A DNA stretch of 64,000 nt from an uncultured Pelagibacteraceae bacterium (GTDB taxonomy: Bacteria > Pseudomonadota > Alphaproteobacteria > Pelagibacterales > Pelagibacteraceae): positions 20,655 to 84,654 of the forward strand of contig CACITU010000003.1 in NCBI GenBank assembly GCA_902589725.1. Direction: 5' to 3'. Below, one piece after another: positions 56,660 to 64,000 of this stretch (the first letter of the stretch is position 1; every line of letters begins with the position of its first letter). The notes below the pieces were generated by a model, which saw only the letters and a list, made by a program, of their open reading frames with translations, searched no databases and was not told where the DNA came from. Both the position numbers and the translations under genes were made by a program.

Positions 56660-59329
56660 ATGAAACCAGGAAACAAAAATTCTTACAATTCGCTTAAAAA
56701 AATTTCTATAGATAGTAAAGATTTTAAATATTACTCTTTAGCTGAAGCAGAAAAAAATGGCCTGGATGGTATAAGCAAACTCCCTAAATCTCTTAAAGTT
56801 TTGTTAGAAAATTTATTGAGATATGAAGATGACTTGAGTGTTACAAAGTCTCAAATAGTAGCTGTAAAAGAATGGTTAAAAACAAAAAAATCTAAAACTG
56901 AAATTGCTTATAGACCAGCAAGAGTACTCCTTCAGGACTACACTGGTATCCCAGCTGTGGCTGATCTTGCAGCAATGCGAGAAGCAGTAAAAGATAAAAA
57001 TAAAGATCCTAATACTATCAATCCTCTATCCGCAGTAGATCTTGTAATTGACCATTCTGTTCAAGTAGATCAGTCTGCTAAAGCTGATTCTTTCGAAAAA
57101 AATGTTGATATAGAATTTGAAAGAAATGGAGAAAGGTATTCTTTTTTGAAATGGGGACAACAAGCATTTGACAACTTCAGAATTGTACCACCTGGAACAG
57201 GAATCTGCCATCAGGTAAATCTTGAGTATTTATCAAAAGTAGTGTGGTCAGAAGAATTCAAAGGAGACAATTATTTATTTCCTGATACTTTGGTTGGAAC
57301 TGATAGCCACACGACAATGGTAAATGGTTTATCCGTCTTAGGATGGGGAGTTGGTGGAATTGAAGCTGAAGCAGGAATGCTTGGGCAACCAATATCAATG
57401 TTAATACCTGAAGTTATTGGTTTTGAGATGAAAAACAAAATGCCTGAAGGAACTACAGCTACTGATTTGGTTTTAACTGTTGTTAAAATGTTAAGAGATA
57501 AAGGAGTTGTGGGAAAGTTCGTTGAGTTTTATGGAGAAGGTTTAAAAAATTTAACTCTTGCTGATAGGGCAACAATTGCTAACATGGCACCAGAATATGG
57601 TGCTACATGTGGGTTCTTTCCTATTGATGAAGAAACTTTGAAATATTTAAAATTTTCAGGAAGAGATCAACATACTGTAAATATTGTTGAAAACTATGCC
57701 AAGGAACAAGGACTATGGGCAAGTAATGATTTAGAATTTACTGATATCATATCTTTAGATATGTCTACAGTTGTCCCAACTATTTCAGGCCCAAAGCGAC
57801 CTCAAGACAAAGTACTTTTAACTGACGCACATAGTTCTTTTAAAAAAGTATTAAAAGAAGCTAAAAGCAAAAATGAAAAATCGGTTTCAAAAGTGGCTAA
57901 TACCGAATTCGATATTAAAGATGGCTCTATTTTAATTGCTGCAATTACTTCTTGCACGAATACATCAAATCCAAATGTTTTGATTGGAGCTGGACTTTTG
58001 GCTAAAAAGGCAATTGAAAAAGGATTACAAGTTAAACCATGGGTAAAGACTTCTTTAGCACCTGGATCTCAAGTAGTAACTGATTATTTAGAAAAAGCTG
58101 GATTAAATACATATTTGGATGAATTAGGATTTAATCTAGTAGGCTATGGATGTACTACGTGTATTGGTAACTCAGGTCCACTACCAGAAAATATTGTAGA
58201 GGCGATACAAAAAGAAAATATTTTTGCAGTTTCAGTTTTATCAGGGAATAGAAATTTTGAAGGAAGAATTTCACCACATATTAAAGCTAATTATCTAGCT
58301 TCACCTCCACTTGTTGTAGCATATGCAATTGCTGGACATATGGAAGTTGATTTATACAAAGATCCACTTGGAAAAGATAAAAACGGTAACGAAGTATTTT
58401 TAAAAGATATTTGGCCTTCTAATAAAGAAATTGAGGATACCTTAAAACATTCACTTAATGCAGAGATGTTTATACAAAGGTATTCCAATATATCTGAAGG
58501 CCCAACTCAATGGCAAAAAATTAAAACGGATAAAAGTAGTATCTACAATTGGGATGAAGGCTCAACCTATGTAAAAAAACCTCCATTCTTTGACTCTTTG
58601 CCAGATAAACCAGAGGGATTTAAAGAAATTAAAGACGCAAGGCCATTATTAATATTAGGAGATATGGTAACCACAGATCATATATCACCTGCTGGCAGTA
58701 TTCAAAAAGATAGTCCAACTGGTGAATATTTTATGGAGCATCAGATTTTACCAAAAGACTTTAACTCTTATGGCTCAAGAAGAGGAAACCATGAAGTTAT
58801 GATGAGAGGTACTTTTGCAAATATAAGAATTAGAAATGAAATGGCACCAGGCACAGAAGGTGGTTTTACAAAGTTATACCCAGAGGAAAAAGTTCTTCCT
58901 ATTTATGAAGCTGTAGTTGAATATAAAAAAAGAGGTACTGATTTAGTTGTGATTGGTGGAAAAGAATATGGAACTGGATCTTCAAGAGATTGGGCTGCAA
59001 AAGGCACAAAACTATTAGGAATTAAAGCCGTTATCGCTGAGAGCTTTGAAAGAATTCACAGATCTAATTTAATTGGAATGGGAGTATTGCCTTTACAGTT
59101 TATAAACAATGTTGATAGAAAAAATCTTAAATTAATAGGATCTGAATTGTTTAGTATTATGGATTTAGAGAAGGGCATTAATCCTTCTGATGAGGTAACA
59201 GTGGAAATTAAATATGCATCAGGCGAAATAAAGAAAATTAAATCTTTATGCAGAATTGATACAAAAAATGAATTAGAGTACTATAAGAATGGAGGTATTC
59301 TGCAATACGTTTTAAGGAATATGATTTAG
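56660..59329 (+). CDS. acnA: Aconitate hydratase A
   Basis: QDYTG, IDHSVQVD, GTDSHT, AITSCTNTSNP, GCTTCIGNSG, TTDHISPAG, GSSRDWAAKG. Confidence 0.98.
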   Translation: MKPGNKNSYNSLKKISIDSKDFKYYSLAEAEKNGLDGISKLPKSLKVLLENLLRYEDDLSVTKSQIVAVKEWLKTKKSKTEIAYRPARVLLQDYTGIPAVADLAAMREAVKDKNKDPNTINPLSAVDLVIDHSVQVDQSAKADSFEKNVDIEFERNGERYSFLKWGQQAFDNFRIVPPGTGICHQVNLEYLSKVVWSEEFKGDNYLFPDTLVGTDSHTTMVNGLSVLGWGVGGIEAEAGMLGQPISMLIPEVIGFEMKNKMPEGTTATDLVLTVVKMLRDKGVVGKFVEFYGEGLKNLTLADRATIANMAPEYGATCGFFPIDEETLKYLKFSGRDQHTVNIVENYAKEQGLWASNDLEFTDIISLDMSTVVPTISGPKRPQDKVLLTDAHSSFKKVLKEAKSKNEKSVSKVANTEFDIKDGSILIAAITSCTNTSNPNVLIGAGLLAKKAIEKGLQVKPWVKTSLAPGSQVVTDYLEKAGLNTYLDELGFNLVGYGCTTCIGNSGPLPENIVEAIQKENIFAVSVLSGNRNFEGRISPHIKANYLASPPLVVAYAIAGHMEVDLYKDPLGKDKNGNEVFLKDIWPSNKEIEDTLKHSLNAEMFIQRYSNISEGPTQWQKIKTDKSSIYNWDEGSTYVKKPPFFDSLPDKPEGFKEIKDARPLLILGDMVTTDHISPAGSIQKDSPTGEYFMEHQILPKDFNSYGSRRGNHEVMMRGTFANIRIRNEMAPGTEGGFTKLYPEEKVLPIYEAVVEYKKRGTDLVVIGGKEYGTGSSRDWAAKGTKLLGIKAVIAESFERIHRSNLIGMGVLPLQFINNVDRKNLKLIGSELFSIMDLEKGINPSDEVTVEIKYASGEIKKIKSLCRIDTKNELEYYKNGGILQYVLRNMI

Positions 59330-59331
59330 CT

Positions 59332-59976
59332 ATGGACGAAGATTTATCAATTATAAATAGCAATACTAGAAACGAAAAAATTAAAAATTTTTTTGTAAAT
59401 AATAAAAATAAAATTATTTCAGTAATAATTTTTTTAATTATTATTATAGTAGGTGCTTTTAGTTACGATAAATATTTAACAGATAAAAAAAAGGAAATAT
59501 CAGATAAATTTAATTCAATAACAATAGATTTTTCAGAAAAGACAAAAGAAAAAACAACTAATGGTTTGATCGAAATAGTTAATGAAAGAGACCCAACTTA
59601 TTCACCTTTGTCACTTTATTTTATAATTGATAATAATCTTGTAAGTGACCAAGCTATGGTAAATTCTTTATTTGATACATTAATAAAGGATACTTCATTA
59701 GATACTGAGATTAATAATTTAATTATTTACAAGAAGGCACTATACAATGCTGATAATTCTCAAGAATCTGACCTCTTAAAAATGCTAAATCCACTTATAA
59801 ATTCCAAAAGTGTTTGGAAATCTCACTCTTTATATTTGATGGCAGAATATTTTTATGCAAATAATCAAAAACAAAAAGCTAAAGAATTTTTCAATCAAAT
59901 AATTGCTTTAGAAAATTCAAACCCAGATATAAAGCTTCAAGCAGAGAAAAGATTGAATAGAGACTTGAGTGAATAA
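59332..59976 (+). CDS. YfgM/DUF2659-like TPR membrane-anchored protein
   Basis: N-terminal TM helix, helical TPR-like body; directly upstream of the bamB-like gene as in proteobacterial yfgM-bamB pairs. Confidence 0.65.
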   Translation: MDEDLSIINSNTRNEKIKNFFVNNKNKIISVIIFLIIIIVGAFSYDKYLTDKKKEISDKFNSITIDFSEKTKEKTTNGLIEIVNERDPTYSPLSLYFIIDNNLVSDQAMVNSLFDTLIKDTSLDTEINNLIIYKKALYNADNSQESDLLKMLNPLINSKSVWKSHSLYLMAEYFYANNQKQKAKEFFNQIIALENSNPDIKLQAEKRLNRDLSE

Positions 59977-61267
59977 ATTAATTTTTACTTTTATTGCATT
60001 ATTTTTTCTTAATAATTGTTCACTTAACGAGAATTCTAGAATTTGGAAAGATAAAGAAAATAAATTAGAAACAGATAAAAAAATAATAAAAGTTGTTGTA
60101 GAAGAAAATTTAAATATTTCAGAATTTAATCAAGATTTAAAATTAGACTTATCATTATTAAAAATGAATAATAAAAAAATTGATAATCAAAATAATCTCG
60201 GTTTACAAAATTACAAAGGGGAATTAAAAAAGATTGGTAATTTTAAATTTTCAAAGTTAGAGGAAATTAATCAATTAGATTTCAAACCTATTTTTTTGAA
60301 AAATGGAATCATATTTTTTGATAGAAAAGGTTCAATTATAAGATATGACAATGACCATAAAGTTATTTGGAAAAAAAATCACTATTCAAAAGCTGAAAAA
60401 AAATTATATCCAAAGCTGAATTTTTTAGTAGATGGTCAAGATCTTTTAGTGACTGATAGTATAGCAAAATATTATTCCATAAATATTAGCACTGGAGAAT
60501 TAAATTGGTCAAAAAATAACAAGTATTCATTTAATTCAAGTATTAAAAAGTACAAAGATAAAATATTTGTTATTGATTATAAAAATACACTGAGATGTTT
60601 TAAAATTAAAGATGGCTCTGAATGCTGGAATTTACAAACAGATGATTCATTTACAATTTCAAATAATAAATATTCTTTAATTATTTTAAACGATAAAGTT
60701 ATATTTAATAATTCTTTAGGTGATATTACAGCTGTAGATATTGAAACTGGTTTAATTACATGGCAACTACCTACACAAAGTAGCGCAATAATAAATGAAA
60801 CTTATAATTTTAATATTTCCGAATTAGTGTCAGACGGAAATTCTGTTTTTTTTTCAAATAATAAAAACCAGTTTTATTCAATCGATTTAAAAACAGGAAC
60901 TACTAATTGGATAAATGAGGTTAATTCAAATATAAGACCTATTTTAGTTGGAAATATTATATTCACAATTTCTAATGAGGGTTATTTATATATAATTGAT
61001 AAAAATAAAGGCAATATAGTAAGAATTACAGATTTATTTTTAAATTACAAAGATAAAAAAAGAAAAAATATTTATCCTATTGGTTTTGTGATTGGTGACG
61101 AAAATTTATTTTTAACCAACTCAGATGGTAAAATGATCGTCGCAGGTATTGAAGACGGAAAAATAATTAAAATTGAAAAAGTTTCTGGTGGATTGGTTTC
61201 TGAACCATTTATATTTAACAAAAATTTATATGTATTGAGAAACGGTTCAATTGTAAAATACAACTAA
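59969..61267 (+). CDS. BamB-like PQQ beta-propeller lipoprotein
   Basis: Lipobox-like FLNNC, repeated D/N..TG...W blade motifs. Confidence 0.75.
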   Translation: MNKLIFTFIALFFLNNCSLNENSRIWKDKENKLETDKKIIKVVVEENLNISEFNQDLKLDLSLLKMNNKKIDNQNNLGLQNYKGELKKIGNFKFSKLEEINQLDFKPIFLKNGIIFFDRKGSIIRYDNDHKVIWKKNHYSKAEKKLYPKLNFLVDGQDLLVTDSIAKYYSINISTGELNWSKNNKYSFNSSIKKYKDKIFVIDYKNTLRCFKIKDGSECWNLQTDDSFTISNNKYSLIILNDKVIFNNSLGDITAVDIETGLITWQLPTQSSAIINETYNFNISELVSDGNSVFFSNNKNQFYSIDLKTGTTNWINEVNSNIRPILVGNIIFTISNEGYLYIIDKNKGNIVRITDLFLNYKDKKRKNIYPIGFVIGDENLFLTNSDGKMIVAGIEDGKIIKIEKVSGGLVSEPFIFNKNLYVLRNGSIVKYN

Positions 61268-61269
61268 AC

Positions 61270-61701
61270 ATGTTCCTAAAACTTTTAGAAAAAATTGGAA
61301 GAAAAAAGATTGTACTAGATAGAGGACCTTCGCATCCTAAATTTAATGAGGCAAAGCCTTGGATGAACCGTTACTATGTTTTGATGAGACATAGACCTAA
61401 ATGGTTTCCGTTCAATATATTAATTCATGAAATGCTAGCAGATGATCATGGAGAAGGAGTTCATAATCATACTTTTCCTTATATTACTATAATTTTAAGA
61501 GGGGGTTATTGGGAAACACTGAGAACGGGCAAGTTTTGGCGTCCACCAGGGTATATTGGTTTCAGATCGGCAAATAATTTACATAGAGTAGATTTGGAGC
61601 CAGGGACTAAACCATTAACTTTATTTATCTCAGGCCCATTTGGGCTAAGGAAAGGACCAAGATCAGAGTATGGTATTGATTTTAAAACTAAAAAAAATTG
61701 A
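61270..61701 (+). CDS. Cupin-like hypothetical protein
   Basis: HNH...ILRGGYWE...HRV pattern typical of cupin metal sites. Confidence 0.65.
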   Translation: MFLKLLEKIGRKKIVLDRGPSHPKFNEAKPWMNRYYVLMRHRPKWFPFNILIHEMLADDHGEGVHNHTFPYITIILRGGYWETLRTGKFWRPPGYIGFRSANNLHRVDLEPGTKPLTLFISGPFGLRKGPRSEYGIDFKTKKN

Positions 61702-62756
61702 TGCCAAAAAACATTGAAAAAGAATTTTTATTTTATTGTGAAAAACAAGATCTAGAAGTTAATGCTAATCAAATAACTGTTATCAAAAAATTAGAAGATT
61801 ATTATCATACTAATTACAAATCATTTTTTTCTAAAATATTTTCCAAAAAAAAATATAAAAAAGGATTTTATTTATATGGTGGTGTAGGAGTTGGTAAAAC
61901 AATGATTATAAACTTTTTTTATGACCATCTTGATGAAAAAAAATTAAAAAAACATTTTAATAAATTTATGTTAAGTTTTCATGATTTTGTTCATGAACAA
62001 AAAGGAAAAAATGAAGAAAATGTAATCAATCTATTTGTCAAAAATCTAAAATCAAAAGCTTCTTTAATTTATTTTGATGAATTCCAAGTAACAAATATTG
62101 TTGATGCAATGATTTTAGGAAAACTATTTGAACAAATTTTTAAAGAAGATATTAAAATTATTCTTACATCAAACACCAAAATTTCAGAACTTTACAAAGA
62201 GGGTCTTCAACGTGAACAATTTATTCCTTTTATTAAAATCATGGAGGACCAATCAATCGAACATGAATTAGAGATTGAGGATGATTATAGAAAATCTGGT
62301 GATAACCAACTGCAAAGATATTTTTTTCCACTCAATCAAGAAACTAATTTTAAGATAAATAAATTTTTTAGAAAGATAACAAAAGAAAAAAAACAATTCT
62401 CAATGACAATTAATGTTAAGGGTAGAGAATTTAAGATAGAAAACTTTTATGAAGGAATTGTAAGATATAATTTTAACCAACTTTGTGATCAAAATTTAGG
62501 AGCAGAAGACTATTTCGAAATAATTAAAAACTGTAAATTTATGGTAATTGATCAAATACCTCAATTTAATGATTTAAATTCAAATCAACAACAACGTTTT
62601 ATCACTTTGTTAGATGTAATTTATGATAAGAATATTTTATTAGCCGTAACAGCTGATCAAAGTCTAGATCAGCTTACCTCTTCAAGATTGCTAGAAAAAC
62701 CATTTAAACGTACAATCAGTCGTTTGTATGAGCTTACATCTAAGGAGTATAATTGA
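61701..62756 (+). CDS. zapE: Cell division ATPase ZapE (AFG1 family)
   Basis: GFYLYGGVGVGKT, FDEFQVTNIVDAMIL, TSN, RFITLLD, RTISRL. Confidence 0.93.
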   Translation: MPKNIEKEFLFYCEKQDLEVNANQITVIKKLEDYYHTNYKSFFSKIFSKKKYKKGFYLYGGVGVGKTMIINFFYDHLDEKKLKKHFNKFMLSFHDFVHEQKGKNEENVINLFVKNLKSKASLIYFDEFQVTNIVDAMILGKLFEQIFKEDIKIILTSNTKISELYKEGLQREQFIPFIKIMEDQSIEHELEIEDDYRKSGDNQLQRYFFPLNQETNFKINKFFRKITKEKKQFSMTINVKGREFKIENFYEGIVRYNFNQLCDQNLGAEDYFEIIKNCKFMVIDQIPQFNDLNSNQQQRFITLLDVIYDKNILLAVTADQSLDQLTSSRLLEKPFKRTISRLYELTSKEYN

Positions 62757-63175
62757 TGAAACAAGAATTCTATAATCTTCAAATTAATACTAATGGTCAA
62801 AAATTATATGAGTTTACTAATGATACAATTAGATGGATTAGTCAAAATAACTTTAAAAATGGTATTCTAAATTTAAGTATTCAGCACACAAGTGCATCCT
62901 TAATTGTACAGGAAAATGCAGATCCAGATGTACAAACAGATCTAGTGAATTATTTTGATAAATTAGCTCCAATGGATAAAAAACTCTATATTCATACCAC
63001 AGAGGGAAAAGATGATATGCCAGCACATATAAAATCAGCATTAACCAATAATCAAATTTCGCTTAGTATTAAGGACAGGGAGTTATTGCTTGGTACTTGG
63101 CAGGGTTTATATTTGTTTGAACATCGTTTAGAGCAACAAAATAGAAAAATTATTCACCATTTTATAGGAGAATAA
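62756..63175 (+). CDS. yjbQ: YjbQ / UPF0047 family protein
   Basis: HTSASL, ENADPDV, EGKDDMPAHIK, LGTWQG. Confidence 0.93.
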   Translation: MKQEFYNLQINTNGQKLYEFTNDTIRWISQNNFKNGILNLSIQHTSASLIVQENADPDVQTDLVNYFDKLAPMDKKLYIHTTEGKDDMPAHIKSALTNNQISLSIKDRELLLGTWQGLYLFEHRLEQQNRKIIHHFIGE

Positions 63176-63180
63176 GCAAT

Positions 63181-63999
63181 TTATTTTTTTAATGACTGAA
63201 AAGCATCTAGAGCGGCAGCTCTAGCTTTTTCGTGAATAACTATAGGTTTAGGGTAATCTTTACCAATTATAGTTTTTATAAACTCTTGGTATTTTAGCTC
63301 CATTTCCCATGGCTTATGAATGAATTTTTTCGGCACTTTGCTTAATTCAGGAACCCATTTTTTTACATAAAGACCTTCCTTATCAAATTTTTCTCCCTGC
63401 AAAATCGGATTAAATATCCTAAAGTATGGCGCAGCATCAGCTCCACAACCGGCAACCCATTGCCATTGAGCTACATTATTTGCTTTGTTGAAATCTAACA
63501 AACAATTTCTAAAATGCTTCTCACCCTCTGTCCAATTAATTCTTAAATGTTTTACAAGAAAGGAACCAACAACCATTCGAATTCTGTTGTGCATCCATCC
63601 AGTTTCATACAATTCTCTCATCCCAGCATCTACAATAGGATAGCCCGTCATTCCTGATTTCCATGCTTTTAAAAATTTTTCGTTTTTTACCCACGGAAAT
63701 TTATCAAATTCTTTTCTATAATTACCTTTTAGAAACTCTGGAAAATAATTAATTAGACTATGTGAAAATTCACGCCACCCTAATTCATTGACATATTTCC
63801 TATAGCCAATTCCTTTAGATTTTATTTCATTACATTTTTGCCAAATAGTACTTACGTGAATTTGACCATGTTTTATGTATGGAGATAATTTTGATGTACC
63901 ATCGATTGCTGGGTAATCTCTATTTGTTCCATAATCTTTAATTTTTTTTTCAATTAAATTATTAAGAACTTTTTTCGATTCATTTTCAGAAACTTTCCA
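63181..63999 (-). CDS. phrB: CPD DNA photolyase, 3' part (starts beyond the window)
   Basis: Frame is open to the window edge (RDYPAIDGTSKLSPYIKHG); TGYPIVDAGMREL, WMHNR.RM, WQWVAG, DAAPYFRIFNP. Confidence 0.95.
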   Translation of the reverse strand, partial: WKVSENESKKVLNNLIEKKIKDYGTNRDYPAIDGTSKLSPYIKHGQIHVSTIWQKCNEIKSKGIGYRKYVNELGWREFSHSLINYFPEFLKGNYRKEFDKFPWVKNEKFLKAWKSGMTGYPIVDAGMRELYETGWMHNRIRMVVGSFLVKHLRINWTEGEKHFRNCLLDFNKANNVAQWQWVAGCGADAAPYFRIFNPILQGEKFDKEGLYVKKWVPELSKVPKKFIHKPWEMELKYQEFIKTIIGKDYPKPIVIHEKARAAALDAFQSLKK

Positions 64000-64000
64000 A

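Overview
AT-rich, very gene-dense chromosomal window from a streamlined alphaproteobacterium. Gene content and order strongly suggest SAR11/Pelagibacter. Housekeeping genes flank it: leuA 3' part and mreBCD-mrdA-rodA on the left; csaA, acnA, yfgM/bamB-like, zapE, yjbQ and a partial CPD photolyase on the right. The roughly 45 kb interior is devoted to uptake and catabolism of small organic and N-containing compounds: two Liv/HAAT-type ABC systems (one beside glutarate hydroxylase glaH), a Pot-type ABC system beside ectoine hydrolase (doeA/eutD) and an EutA-like gene, and agmatinase. The most interesting part is 27.3-41.9 kb. It holds (i) a five-gene operon (LLM monooxygenase, Xsc-like ThDP enzyme, DUF1185, alpha/beta hydrolase, ALDH) resembling the trigonelline (Tgn) ring-cleavage pathway, with an extra ThDP enzyme and no flavin reductase, whose 5' leader has mutually exclusive hairpins around the Shine-Dalgarno site (candidate new riboswitch); and (ii) a class II aldolase + BBOX/TMLH-like dioxygenase + ALDH + CdhB-like thioesterase + orphan ProV cluster suggesting trimethyllysine/butyrobetaine/carnitine-type catabolism. 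I recognised no transcription factor, tRNA, rRNA, CRISPR array, integrase or transposase. All calls come from motif reading without database searches.
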